Assembly (NCBI RefSeq): GCF_963921235.1 | Contig: NC_086118.1 | Coordinates: forward strand, 13,704,001 to 13,768,000 | Direction of reading: 5' to 3' | Source of the DNA: Mobula hypostoma | Lineage: Eukaryota | DNA length: 64,000 bases | Shown here: in pieces, positions 47,582 to 61,065 of the stretch | Position numbering within the stretch: position 1 is the first letter of the stretch | How the letters are laid out: the number at the start of each line of letters is the position of its first letter | Position numbers and translations under genes: made by a program | The notes under the pieces: generated by a model | What the model saw: only the letters and a program-made list of their open reading frames with translations | Told to the model about the DNA's origin: nothing | Database searches by the model: none

Positions 47582-47959
47582 GCCCAGCACGCTGAAGGAA
47601 ACCTCAATATAACTGCAGATGTTGGCAATCAGGTGCAATATCAGGAACCGTGGAAACAGTCACCAGGCCAGGCATCATCCATGGAAGGAGAAATGACTAA
47701 AGATGTCAAATTTGAAACACCAACAATTTGTCCTTCACAAGATGCTGAGTGTTCCCAGCTTTAAATACTTTGGTTTCAGGCGTAGCTGAATTTTTTTATG
47801 CAGACACCTCATCAAAGAGTCAATGAGTGGTATGTTGTTAACTGATACAGTGATTCCAAATGGAGTCTCATATGTTGCTGTCTAAATGACCATGACTCAG
47901 AAAAATCCTTCATATTCGCCAGAAGGGGAATAAACCCAACTTCAGCGTTCTCTGCAACA

Positions 47960-48130
47960 TAAACAAAGTTCTGAAGCTGTCTATGGAGGAAGATAAACTC
48001 GATGAAGACTTTGGCCAGAAATAGTAAATGTTCATTTCTCTCCATAGAAACAGCCTGACTCACTCAGTTCTTCCAGCATTTTGTGTGTGTTGCTCAGGTT
48101 TTCCAGCATCTGCAGAGCCTCTTGTGTCTC
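47960..48130 (+). mobile_element. Old Penelope-derived terminal element
   Basis: GTTCTTCCAGCATTTTGTGTGTGTTGCTCAGGTTTTCCAGCATCTGCAGA matches the Penelope end and tail. Confidence 0.7.
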
Positions 48131-48149
48131 AGCCCTCAGCAGTGCCTTC

Positions 48150-48560
48150 TGGATGTACTAAACTGACTGCATTGTGTCAGCTATGTGGCATACGTGCCAA
48201 CACCAGACTCCCTAACAAGGTATTCTACTGGAACTCTGGACAGAAATAAAGATTCAAGGATGTGCACAAATGTAAAATGTAAAAAAAATATAAAATCTTC
48301 ACTGACTCTTGGGACTATAAAACAATCTGCTGTTATAATTTAGAGGGTCAGACGATGGATGGAGGGGGGAAGAGGGGGGAGCTGTCAATGTTTTGAATTG
48401 AAACACTGTGTCAGCACATAATAGTGTTGAAATAGTGTTGAGGTAGTGCATCAGGAGCACACTGAATCCCATTTCAGCAGCGAAAGGCAGGCGTTTCACA
48501 AACTGCTTCTTGGCCAGCTTCGGTCCCCTCCATCAAAGAGTCTTCTATTCCCACATTCTC
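48150..48560 (+). mobile_element. RTE-clade LINE 3' remnant
   Basis: TRLPNKVFY...GQK*RFKDV resembles the RTE C-terminal motif. Confidence 0.45.
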
Positions 48561-49063
48561 CTCATCAGCCCTCTCAGAATGCACAATTGAGGAGATGTAT
48601 TAAATGATCTTCAATCCAAGGACACTGTCAAAGACTGAAAATTAGCAGAAACTGAAGAGTGGATAGTCTCCTGATTGGTTGTATCATGGCTTGGTATGGA
48701 AACAACAATGCACTTGAACAGAAAGCCTTATAAAAATTAATGGATACAGCCCAGTCCATCAGAGGAAAAACCCTCACCACCAATGAGCATATCTACAAGG
48801 GGCACTGACACATGAAAGCACCATCCATCATCAGAGACCCCCAACATCCAGGCCATGCTGTCCACCAGGAAGGAGGTACAGGAGCCTTAGGTCCCACACC
48901 GTCAGCTTCAGAAGCAGTTACTACCCCTCAACCATCAAGTTCCTGAACCAGTATAAAAAATTTCACTCACCTCAACACTGAACTGATTCCACAACCTATG
49001 GACATTTTCATGGACTCCAAAACTCATCTTTTTAGCATTGCTTGTTTGTTTGTTTTCATCTAT

Positions 49064-51667
49064 CTATAAAAAATATTCCCCCCCCCCCAGAAGTTTTCAT
49101 GTTTTGTTGTTTTACAATGTTGTATCACAATGGATTTAATTTGGTTTTTTGGACACTGATCAACAGAAAAAGACTCTTCTGTGTCAAAGTGAAAACAGAT
49201 CTTTACAAAGTCATCTAAATGAATTACAAAGATAAAACGTAAAATAATAGATTGCATAAGATCACCCCCTTTAAGTCAGTATTAAGTAGATGCACCTTTG
49301 ACAATAATTACAGCCTTGAGTCTGTGTGGATAAGTCTCTATCAGCTTTGCACATCTGGACACTGCTAGTTTTCTCCATTCTTCTTTACAGAACTACTCAA
49401 GTTCTGTCAGATTGCATGGGGATCATGAGTGAACAGCCCCTTTCAATTCCAGCCACAAATTCTCAATTGGATTGAGATCTGGACTCTGACTTGGCCACTC
49501 CATGACATTAACTTTGTTGGTTTTAAGCCATTCCTGTGTAGTTTGGCTTTGTGCTTGGGGTCATTGTCTTGCTGTAAAACAAATCTTCTCCCAAGTCACA
49601 GTTCTCTTGCAGACTGCATCAGGTTTTCCTCCAGGCTTTCCCTTTATTTTGCTGCATTTATTTTATCCTCTACCTTCACAAGCCTTCCAGGGCCTGCTGC
49701 AGTGAAGCATCCCCACAGCATGATGCAGCCACCACCATGCTTCACAGTAGGGGTGGTGTGTTTTTGATGATGTGCGTATTTTGGCTTATGCCAAACATAG
49801 TGTTTGGTCTGATGGCCAAAAAGCTCAATTTTGGTTTCATCAGACTATAGGACTTTCTTCCAGCTGACTTCAGAGTTTCCCATATGCCTTTTCGCAAACT
49901 CGAGCCAGAGGTTAATGTGAGTTCTTTTCAACAGTGTCTTTTTCTCTGCCACTCTCCCATAAAGCTGCAACTGGTGAAGCACCTGAGCAATAGTTGCTGT
50001 ATACACAGAATCAGAATCAGAATCTGATTTATTATCACCAGCACGTGACATGACATTTGTTAACTTAGCGGCAGTAGTTCAATGCAATACATAATCTAGC
50101 AGAGAGAAAAAGAATAATAACAAATAAAGTAAAAATAATAATAATAAATAAACAAGTAAATCACTTACAGTAGATGTATATTGAATAGATTTTTAAAAAG
50201 TGCAAGAACAGAAATACTGTATATTAAAAAAAAGTGAGGTAACGTCCAAGATTCAATTTGATTTAGGAATCAGATGGCAGAGGGGAAGAATTTATCCCTG
50301 AATCACTGAGTGTGTGCCTTCAGGCTTCTGTATCTCCTACCTGATGGTAACAGTGAGAAAAGGGCATGCCCTGGGTGCTGGAAGTCCTTAATATTGGACA
50401 CTGCCTTTCTGAGACACCGCTCCCTGAAGATGTCCTGGGTACTTTGTAGGCTAGTGACCAAGATGGAGCTGACTAGATTTACAACCTTCTGCAGCTTCTT
50501 TCGGTCTCGTGCAGTAGCCCATCCCTACCAGACAGTGATGCAGCCTGACAGGATGCTCTCCAAGTACATCTATAGAAGTTTTAGAGTGTATTTGTTGACA
50601 TACTAAATCTCTTAAAATTCCTGATAAGGTATAACCGCTGTCTTGCCTTCTTTGTAACTGCATCGATATGTTGGGACCACGATAGGTCCTCAGAGATCTT
50701 GACATACAGGAACTTGAAACAGCTCACTCTCTCCACTTCTGATCCCTCTACAAGGATTGGCACGTGTTCCTTTGTCTTACCCTTCCTGAAGTCCACAATC
50801 AGCTCTTTCATCTTACTGATGTTCAGTGCCAGGTTGTTGCTGCGGCACCACTCGACTAGTTGACATTTCTCACTCCTGTACCCCCCCTCGTCACCCCCTG
50901 AGATTCTACCAACAATGGCTGTATTGTCAGCAAATTTATAGATGGTATTTGAGCTATGCCTAGCCACACAGTCATGGGTATATAGACAGAGAGTCTTTCC
51001 CATCTCAGCCTCTGAAGCTTGTAACTGCTCCAGAGTTGTCATAGGTCTCTTGGTGGCCTTGCTCACTGGTCCGTTCTTGCACAGTCACTCAGTTTTTGAG
51101 AATGGCCTGCTCTAGGCAGATTTACAGCTGTACCATATCCTTTACATGTCTTGATGATTAACTTAACCGTACTCCAAAGGATATCTAGTGACTTGGAAAT
51201 TTTCTTGTATCCATCTCCTGAATTGTGCTTTTCAGAGTTGCTTGGAATGTTTTTTTGTGTTCATGGTGTAGTTTTCACCAGGATATTGACTCACCAGCAG
51301 TTGGACCCTCCAGATACAGGTGTATTTTTACTACTATCAATTGAAACACCTTGACTGCAAAAACTGATCTCCATTTAACTAATTATGTGATTTCTAAAAC
51401 TAATTGGCTGTACCAATGATGATTTGGTGTGTCATATTAAAGTGTGGGGGGGATTCTTATACATTTAATTATTTTGTGTTTTATATTTGTAATTAATTTA
51501 GATCACTTTGTAAAGATTTGTTTTCACTTTGACATGGAAGAGTCTTTTCTATTAATCAGTATCAAAAAAGCCAAATTAAATCCACTGTGATACAATGTTG
51601 TAAAACAATAAAACATGAAAACTTTACAAGGGGGGTGTGCAGCGGTGAGTACTTCCTATAAGCACTA
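49064..51667 (-). mobile_element. Tc1-like DNA transposon with long (~210 bp) TIRs, decayed transposase, interrupted by a Rex1 LINE
   Basis: 49064-49270 is inverted relative to 51450-51667; minus strand [39 protein letters not shown]. Confidence 0.92.
50008..50987 (-). mobile_element. Rex1/Babar LINE 3' portion inserted in Tc1
   Basis: (AGAATC)n tail; YTHDC..IYKFADNT, ELIVDFRKGK, TKKARQRLY. Confidence 0.9.
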
Positions 51668-51944
51668 TGTCTTTGTAACTACCGATCTATTTATTTAGTT
51701 ATTTATTATTTCTGTATTTCTGTTTAGTTTGTCTTCTTTTAAACATTGATTGTTTGTCGTGTAGATATTCATTGATTCTGTTGTATTTCTTTATTCCACC
51801 ATGAATGCCTGCAAGAAGATGAATCTCTGGGTAGTTATATGATGACATATATGTAGTTTGATAATAAATTTCCTTTGAAGCTCAGGATATGAGGATGTAT
51901 ACTGTCAAACACGGAAGAATAAACTTCGGTAGAAAAAATAAATG

Positions 51945-52678
51945 TGCAGACTAAACGGGGAGAGAATCCCAAATTCTGCACAGCAAAGGAATTTCGGAGT
52001 CCTTGTGCAGATCACAGGTAGAGTTGGTGGTGAGGAAGGTAAATGCAGCCTTAATTTTAGGAGGACGAGAATATAAGAGCGGGGATGTGATTCTAAGGCT
52101 TTATAAAGCACTGGTGAGGTCTCACCTTGAGTATTGTGAACAGTTTTGAGCTCCTTATCTAAGAAAAGATGTGTTGGCATTGGAGAGGGTTCAGAGGAGA
52201 TTCACACGGATGGTTCCAGGAATGAAAGATTCATCATATCAGGAATATTTGATGGCTCTGGGTCTGTACTCACTAGAGTTTAGAAGGATGGGGGTGGGGT
52301 GGGGGTATCTCATTGAAACTTTTGAAGGTTGAAAGGCCTAGATAGTAGATGTGGAAAAGATGTTTCCCATGGTGGGGGAGTCTAGGATAAGAGGACACAG
52401 CCTCGGGATAGAGGGGCATCCATTTAAGACAGAGATGGTGAAATTGTGGAATTTGTCACCACAGGCAACTGTGGAGGCCAGGTGGCTGGGTGTACTTAAG
52501 GTTGAGATTGATAGGCTCGTGATTGGCCACAGCATCAAAGGTTATGGGGAGAAGGGCAGTGAGTAAGTCTGAGGACAGAAAAAAGGGATCAGCCATGATT
52601 AAATGGCGGAGCAGACACAATTGGCCAAATAGCCTAATTCTAACCCCATATTTTATGGCCTTATGGTCTATGGTCTTT
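51945..52678 (+). mobile_element. CR1 3' portion
   Basis: LYKALVRSHLEYC, ESRIRGHSL; tail TTATGGCCTTATGGTCTATGG. Confidence 0.88.
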
Positions 52679-52689
52679 CCACGGACTGT

Positions 52690-53065
52690 GTCTACACTTG
52701 CTGCTTCGGTAAAGCAGCCAGCATCATCAAAGACACCACCCACCCCAGAGTTCTCTTTTCTCCCCTCCCATCGGATATGAGATATAGGAGTCTGAAAGAG
52801 CATACCACCAGTCTTAAAGATTGTTTCTATCCTGCTATTATAGACTATTGAATGGATCTCTTGTACGATAAGATAGACTTTCAACCTCACAATCTATCTT
52901 GTGTCATAGTCATGCACCTTGTAGTCTGCCTGCACTGTACTCTGTCCAGTAACAATTTATTCTGCATTCTTTTATTGCTTTTCCATTGTACTAACTTGTT
53001 TTCCTCTCTGATGATCTGGAAGTTTTTTACAATAGGTCCATACATGTGACAATAATAAGCAAATT
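52690..53065 (+). mobile_element. Rex1-type 3' end
   Basis: KAASIIKDTTHP..LPSDMRYRSLK..FYP. Confidence 0.7.
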
Positions 53066-53239
53066 TACAAAATTACCAACTCAAATTATTTCTGCAATAT
53101 TTACTGTCAGGAAAAGGCTTCTCTGCTTATCAAAAAGGGTTCTTCCCTTAGCAAAATGAAAGTTTATAATTCTCTATTCAAGAAGTCTATGAAGACTTAG
53201 TTGCAGTGTGCATTCAAAAGACCAGAAGTTGTCTAGAAA

Positions 53240-53390
53240 CTCACTAACCCTAACCACACATCTCTGGAATATGGAAGGAAACCAGAGCACCCGGAAGAAC
53301 CCCACCCAGTCACAAAAAGAATGTGTAAACTCTTCAGAGACAGCGGAGGAAAAGAAACCCGATATTACGATGCCATGATGCATCAGAATC
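53240..53390 (-). mobile_element. V-SINE fragment
   Basis: GGAAACCAGAGCACCCGGAAGAACCCCACCCAGTCAC is the reverse complement of the V-domain. Confidence 0.65.
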
Positions 53391-54634
53391 ACCAAGGTGG
53401 GAGCCAGTGACTGGACAGTTCAGGGGCTGTCCCCATGGAACCTCACTCTTCATCACCATCTGCTGGCCATTAGGTAAATTTCCAGCAGCAACAAGAGTGG
53501 AAGGAGTATATCAGTGCCTCTTATAAGAAAACAAACAAACAAAAAATCTCTATGTAATTAATTACTTTTAAAAATGCCTCTAAGTGAGAGCAAATCAGAC
53601 CACACTGAGAGATGACCTTCATTTTAAACAGATGGCACGTACTTCCATACAACCTCAGGATGTATACTGTATACATTTCTCTGACATTAAATGTACCTAT
53701 TGATATCTCTCGAGTCTAGCCGCCTTGCCACTGCATTCCACCACTTATTCCATCATTATGTTGAGTGTGATTGAATACCTGACCCTCCGCTTCAAATCCC
53801 CTGACTCTTTTAAAGTTCCATTGCACCCATTCCATTCAAGCATGCTCGAGAGTGTAACAAAATTTCTCGGCAAGCTCTCCTTGTGCTATACTCAAAACTT
53901 CCGACACACGTGGTGTCAACTTGTGACTTGAAGAAGAAGTGAATGCTTGTCTATCTCACAGCATGCAAGCCTATTGCAAGCAAAACTGATTTAAAAAACA
54001 GTAATAACTTCTGACAGAAACTGCATCAATATCTCCTAATGAAATCAGGAAATTGTAAAGAGTGGAAGACAATTCAAAACAAATCCACTTCTTTTGTTTG
54101 TAGGAGAGTAGTCACCAGACTTGACTGATAGAATAATTATCCATAACTACACCCAGGATGGGAATGATTTTGTCTTTATTTACCCTTTAATATTTTACAT
54201 GTGACCGCATTTTGAATTGTTTAGTATTTTCTGCTAGTTGGACTGATGTGCTTGTGACTATGAGTGTATTTATTGAAGATGATGCATCACTTTGTTTAAT
54301 CTGACTGGACAATTGAGTTTCCCAACTCAGTTTGTTCAATGAGGAATATTTGCATATTCAAAATAGTTTGAAAATATCTTATTCCAGACAAGAGGAAATA
54401 AGCATGATATGATTAGCTTTCACACTCCCTAGCTCATTACTCTTCTGAAACACTGAAAAATGATGTGCCCTTGACAGATGGAAACACAAAAATGTGCAAT
54501 ACCCAGAAGGAGCATGATATTCACATGGCTTTTCTAATTGGGAGGCAGATATCATCCCTCCCACACATTTCTAGTTAGCCCTGAAATTCCATTCATCCAA
54601 TATACAGCACCTTCTACTATCTGCATGGAATATA

Positions 54635-55176
54635 TTCTCAATGGCCACGTTATTAGAAACCTCCTGTACCTAATAAACAGAAACAGAATGTATGCTTGTT
54701 GTCTTCTGCTGCTATTGCCCATCTACTTCAAGGTTTAATGTGTTGTACATTCAGAGATGCTCTTCTGCACACCACTATTTTAATGTGTGATTATTTGAAT
54801 TACTGTCATCTTCCTGTCAGTTTAAACCAGTCTCTATTCTCCTCTGACTTCTCATTACCAAGATGTTTGCTCCTACAGAACGGCCGCTCACTATTTTTGC
54901 TTTTCGCACCATTCTCTGTAAACACTAGAAACTGTTGTGTGTGAATATTCAAGGAGATTCACAGTTTCTGAGATACTCAAAACACCCTGTCTGGCACCAA
55001 CACGGTCAAAGTCACTTAGATCACATTTCTTCCCCATCCTGATGTTTGATCTGAACAACAACTGAACCGCTTAATCGTGTCTGCATGTATTGAGTTGCTG
55101 CTAAATAATTGGCTGATTAATTATTTGCATTAACAAGTGGGTGTACAGGTGTACCTAATAAAGTGGCCAGTGAGTG
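54635..55176 (-). mobile_element. Complete Tc1-derived non-autonomous element
   Basis: TA|..CTCAATGGCCACGTTATTAG ... CTAATAAAGTGGCCAGTGAGTG|TA; homologous to 4955-5478. Confidence 0.85.
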
Positions 55177-55924
55177 TAATGTGTAATGAATAGTGAGTGA
55201 TGACAGTTCATTTAGAATTAATCACGTTTATTGCTCAAGCAGGCAATAGGATCAATTAAAATCAGTTTGGACACGAGTGGTATTTTACTGACATCTTCAC
55301 GTTTTCTGTTAGAGAAGGATTTGAAATTCAAAGATACTTCTTTTGGCACATTGTCAAAAATAATTATAAGGAGTTACAGAATTTATTAAATTACTTTAAT
55401 TCAGAACAGTAATAAATAAATTAGTGAAGCAAATATTTAGAAAAAAGCTATGATCAAGCATTTCAAAAATGTTGCTCATTTCGTTATAATCATGAATTTC
55501 TCATCTGCAGCAAAGAAACTCTATGCACGATATAGGTTCAGCAATTCAATTGCATAGAGGTCCTTATTTCAGTCTTCAATACACTCCGTGATGGAGTGAA
55601 ACAGGATAAAATACATTTCCAAGTTGCATCAACTGGACTATATTGTCCCGGAACCAGCGACTGTTGATCAGTTCCATTTAGAAAAGGCTGGACCAGATTC
55701 CCATGCTTACCTTCCACTTCTTGTTGCTTCCTTTCACTCCCAACAGACCCACAGATATCATCTCCCAACTCCTCAATCATCCCATGTATAACGCTCTATT
55801 AGTAAAATGCCCAATAACTCATGTCCTGGCTCAAACAGTGACGTGCCAATCAATTGTCTTTTAAAACTGACAGAACTATCTGGTTAGGGGCAAGTCTGAA
55901 AATTACTTAATTAATTTTATAGAT

Positions 55925-58900
55925 TGATTCAAAGATTCAAAGTGCATTTATTATCAAAAAATGTATAAACTATACAACCTTGAGATTTGTTTGCTTACAG
56001 ACAGTCACAATGCAAGGAACCCGAAAGTACCCAAATAGAAAAAAAGACCAAACCCATTGCCCACAGAGAAAGAGAAAAAAGAACACAAAACAAATCGTGT
56101 AAACAATAGAAGCAAGCAACAACAGCATTCTGAACCAAATTGAGTCCTTGGATCAAAATCCCCGGAGCTCCCTGGAGTAGGCCCAAAGCCTTGGTATTCA
56201 GTTCATCATACTTGCAAGGCAAATCACCGCAAAGTTTGCAGACACAAAGCACAGCAGCAAGGGCTGTCTCACTGCCTTATCACTGCAGAGAGAGGAGCCC
56301 CCAGGCTACCTGGGCCAGCATTTAAATTGTCCGAAACTCGCACTAGGAACCAACCCTGCTGCAGCAAATCACTTCAGGCTTAGATTTCACTGCTGGAAAA
56401 GCTGTTCTTGACCTCTCCAGATCAGCTCAATTCCCAGAGCAATCTAACCTCACACACACCCTGCCTTCCAGTCTGTCCTAGTAAGAATGTGGCCTACAAA
56501 TTACAATGGGAGATAGAAAATGCATGCTAGAAGGGCAATATTACAATAGTCATGGAGGACCTCAATATGCAGGTAGATTGGGAAAATCAGGCTGGTGCTG
56601 TACAACGGGAGGGAGAATTTCTAGAAAGCCTATAAGATGGCTTTTTAGAGCAGGTCGTGGTTGAGCCCACTAGAGGATCAGCTATTCCGGATTGGGTGTT
56701 GAATAAAGAATCAAGATTGATAAGGGACCTTAAGGAAAAAGAACCCTTAGGGGCAAGTGATCATAACAGGATCGAGTTCAACCTGAAATTTGAGAAGGAG
56801 AAGCTAAAGTCAGATCTATCATTATTACAGAGGGAAATACAGAAGCATAAGAGAAGAGCTGGCCCAAGTTGATTGGAAAAGAACACTGGCAGGGTTGATG
56901 GCAGAGCAGCAAAGTCTGCAATTTCTAGAAGCAATTTGGAAGGCACAGGATTAATACATCCCAGAAAGGAAGCAGTATTCTAAAGGAAAGATGACACAAC
57001 CTGGACTATCAAGAGAAGAAAACATCAACATAAAAGACAAAGAGAAGCCAAATAATAGAACAAAATTAGTGGGAAGTGAAAAGATTGGAAAGTTTTTAAA
57101 AACCAACAGAAGCCAATTAAAAAGTCATTACGGATGTAAAGATGGAATACAAAAGTAAGCTAACCAATAATATTAAAGAGGATGCCAAAACTTTCTTCAG
57201 ATACATAAAGTGTAAAAGAGAGGTGAGAGTGGATATCAGACAGCAGGAAAACGATGCTGGAGAGGTCGTAATGGAAAACAAAGAACTGGCAGACGAACTG
57301 AATAAATGTTACTGGATATTACAGGTGTCAAGGGACATGAGTGCGTGAAGTTACAAAAAACGAGGGAGAAGGTTTTTGGGTAACTCAAAGGTCTGAAGGT
57401 AAATAAGTCAGATGGTTTACACCCCAGATTTCTGAAAGAGGTGGCTGAAGAGATCGTAGAAACATTAGTAATGATCTTTCAAGATTCTGGAATGGTTCTG
57501 GAAGACTGGAAAATTGCAAATGTCACTCCACTCTTCAAGAAAAGAGAGTGGCAGAAGAAAGGAAACTATAGGCCACTTAGTCTGACCTCAATGGTTGTGA
57601 AGGTGTTGGTGTCGATTATTAAGGATGAGGTCTCAGGGTACTTGGAGGCACATGACAAAATAGGTCATAATCAGCGTGGTTTCCTCAAGGGAAAATCTTG
57701 TTTGACAAATCTTTTGGGATTCTTTGAAGAAATAAGCAGGATATACAAACAAGAATTGGTTGAGGTTGTGTACTTGGATTTTCAGAAGGCTTTTGACAAG
57801 GTGCCAAAAATGAGACTGCTTAACAAGCTATGAGCCCATGGTATTACAGGGAAGATTCTAACATTGATAAAGCAGTGATTGATTTGATGGAGGCGAAGAG
57901 TGGGAATAAAGGGAGCCTTTTCTGACTGGCTGCCAGTGACTAGTGGTGTTCCACAGGCGTCTGTGTTGGGACCAATTATTTTTATGTTATATGTCACTGA
58001 TCTGGGTGATGGAATTGATAGCTTTGTTGCAAACTTTGCAGATGATATGAAGATATGTAGAGGGGCAGGAAGTTTTGAGGAAGTAGAGAGGCAACAGAAG
58101 GACTTAGACAGATTAGCAGAATGGACAAAGAAGTGGCAGATGGAATACTGTATTGGGAAATATATGGTCATGCACTTTGCTAGAAGAAATGAAAGGGTTG
58201 ACTATTTTGTAAATGGAAAGAAAATACAAAAAACTAAGTAGCAAAGGGACTTGGGAGTCCGTGCAGAATTCCCTAAGGGTTAATTCCTAGGTTGAGTCTG
58301 TGATGATGAAGTCAAATGCAATGTTAGCCTTCATTCCAGAAAGACTAAAATATAAAAGCAAGGATGTGATTCTGAGGCTTCTTAAGGCATTAGACAGACA
58401 ATTTCTTAATTGTTGAGAGCAGTTTTGGGCTCCATACTTAAGAAAGGATATGTTGGTGTTGGAGAGGGACCTGAGGAGATTTGCAAGAATGATATCAGGA
58501 TGAAGCAGTTAATGTATGAAGAGCATTTGATAGCTCTGGACTTGTACGCACTGGAGTTGAGAATAATAAGAAAAGAACTTACTCAAGTTTACTGAATATT
58601 TTAAGGCCTAAATAGAGTGGCTGTGCAGAGGATGTTTACAACAGTGAGAGAATCTAGGACTAGAGGACGTAGCCTCAGAACAGAAGGATGTCTGCTTAGA
58701 ACAGAGGAGGAATTTCTTTAGCCAGAGAATGGCAAATCTGTGGAATTCTTTGCCACAAGAGACTGTGGAGGCCAAGGCAAAGGTTGATAGATTCTTGATC
58801 GGTCAGGGCATGAAGGGATACGGGGAAAAGACAGAAGATTGGGGCTGAAAGCAAAAATGAATCAGCCATGATGAAATGACGAGCAGACTCGATGGGCCAA

Positions 58901-59400
58901 ATGGCCTAATTCTGCTCTTATATCTTATGGTCTTATGGTCTTACCTGGGCTAGCATGTAGTTTGACCAAACAGTGTATTGTACCTTGCATTAGGTCCTAG
59001 ACCTTGTCCCAGCAAATCGCTCTAAGCCCAGAACACGTCACCCAGCGCTTCACTTCGGACCTTGATTTCACTGCCAAAGAAGCCATTCTCAACCTCACCA
59101 AATCAGCTTGGCACCCGTGCTAGCTGGGCAGGCATCGGAACTCCTCTGTTCCATCTTCTCCCCTCCAAATCATTCACTCCAACTAGCACAGCTCCAACTC
59201 CAACTGTGTTGATTTTGCAGCGCACCAGCAGGGCACATCTCGTGAATTCACTTTGCCTTCTCTCACTTCTTCATTGTTTGTGGTGATAGTTTACCACAAT
59301 TTACTTCAAAAAAAAAGCATTGTTAATCAAATTTAATCAAATTCCTTTGCTTTTGAATCTCCAGTAAGCTGCTGCACATCTTCAGTAGCACCATCTTAAA
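55925..59400 (-). mobile_element. Non-coding LINE-derived element (55925-56485, 58944-59400) split by a CR1
   Basis: (GATTCAAA)n tail like the Rex1 3' ends; 5' AAGATGGTGC head at ~59388-59397; related to 61525-62840. Confidence 0.55.
56490..58943 (+). mobile_element. Decayed CR1 ORF2 (endonuclease to 3' tail)
   Basis: EPTRG, LGASDHN, WKIANVTPLFKK, YLDFQKAFDKVP, FADD; (TCTTATGG)n tail. Confidence 0.92.
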
Positions 59401-59487
59401 ACAGAATTTAAAGTTTGGTATCACTATTGTTCAGTTGAAATAGCATTGACCAATGGGGACAAGAGGATTAATGTGTCACAGCTATAG

Positions 59488-60165
59488 GATTAGATTAGAT
59501 TAGATTATGGGGACACGCAGTCCTCTTTTATTGTCATTTAGTAATGCATGCATTAAGAAATGATACAATGTTCCTCCAGAATGATATCACAGAAACACAA
59601 GACAAATAAAGACTAAAAAAACTGACAAAACCACATAATTATAACATATAGTTACAACAGTGCAAAACAATACCGTAATTTGATAAAGAACAGACCATGG
59701 GCACGGTAAAAGAAAGTCTCAAAGTCTCTCGAAAGTCCCTCATCTCACACAGACGGTAGAAGGAAGAAAACCTCTCCCTGCCATGAACCTCCAGCGCCAC
59801 AAACTTGCCGATGCAGCACCCTGGAAGCATTCGACCACAGCCGACTCGAGTCCGTCCGAAAACTTCGAGCCTCCAACCAACCCTCTGACACCGAGCACCG
59901 AGCACCGTCTCTGCCGAGCGCTTCGACCCCAGCCCCGGCAACAGGCAATAGGCAAAGCCGAGGATTTGGGGCCTTCCCCTCCGGAGATTCTCAATCGCAC
60001 AGTAGCAGCAGCAGCGAAGCAAGCATTTCAGAAGTTTCTCTAGATGTTCCTCCATGTTTCTCACATCTGTCTCCATCAAATCAGGATTGTGCACTGCATC
60101 CTACTTACAAATATCATTTCGGAGTGGCCTCACACACTGCGTCGCACCGCCATCTTCTCCTCCCC
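59488..60165 (-). mobile_element. Non-autonomous, CpG-rich LINE-dependent element
   Basis: (ATTAG)n tail and AATAAA on the minus strand; 5' end GGGGAGGAGAAGATGGCGG; no RT coding. Confidence 0.65.
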
Positions 60166-60929
60166 GAAAGTATCAAATGAAAGTTATCAGGGACTTTCAT
60201 ACAGTTACAGTGAAGATTGTATCTATCAATAGACGGTAAATTAGGAAGTAACTAATACAATGGTATTAAATGGGTTTTTAAAAAATTGCCGTACAATTTT
60301 TCGAGAGCTCTCTGATATATGAGTGAGTAGTTCTTTTTACTTACAAAAATACTGAGTTGGCCCAGCCCTGTAACTATTCAAATATACTTCTCTCATTTAT
60401 AGCTATAAAGCCCAAAATGAATAGATTTATGATAAATCTTTCTCTCAGGTTTTTACCTAGCAATGTACAGTATTTGTAGTTACTCAGACTTCCCCCTGCT
60501 GTTCCTCATGGGCTCCAGGCATGTTACTCCCTAAGCTGCTTCTCTTACCTGAGCTCTCAATGGGCCCAATCTGTTCTGTCAGGTCTTCCTTTCCCATATT
60601 TTTTATCTTCAGCAACTCCTTTCCTCTTTCATGCTGCTCTTGTTCCTGCAGTCCACAGACCTTTAATAGTCTACCCTAGGGGGTTAGTAACATCAAAATA
60701 TTGGTCATTACTTTCTACCAAAACAATGGCATCAGAACGTATGCATCAATGAAAAGTAGTTCCAGATAATATCCATTCATTAAGCTCAACCATCCAAGGT
60801 TGGCACTGAGTTGTGCAACTCCACTGCTAAAGACAGGTAAAACTGTTACCTTGCAACCTGGCCCACGACTAACACATTCTAAAAGGTTTGACGCTGTGCA
60901 TTACTGAAAGGGCATTACATTGCTGCAGA

Positions 60930-61065
60930 AGGTACTGCGGCTGCCTCTCAAATCCAGGGTTCAATCCTGGCTTTGGACTCGTCCTGGGTGGAGTTTGCAC
61001 ATTCTCCCTGTGACTATATGGGTTACCTCTTGAAATTCCAGTTTCCTTCCACCTTCTAAAGATGC
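60930..61065 (+). mobile_element. V-SINE 5' part
   Basis: B-box GGTTCAATCC followed by GTGGAGTTTGCACATTCTCCCTGTGAC. Confidence 0.7.

Larger units (their letters stand above)
48660..51875 (+). mobile_element. Rex1-type 3' fragment (48660-49060, 51670-51875) split by the Tc1 element
   Basis: GCIMAWYG...IIRDPQHPGH; 3' UTR and AATAAA resume after the Tc1. Confidence 0.7.

Noticed and set aside
38120..49270. Composite Tc1 transposon between the TIRs at 38303 and 49064
   Set aside because: The TIRs face the wrong way to bracket the intervening DNA.
50581..51066. Tc1-Rex1 fusion ORF (161 aa)
   Set aside because: Chance in-frame junction of a nested insertion; both partners are decayed.
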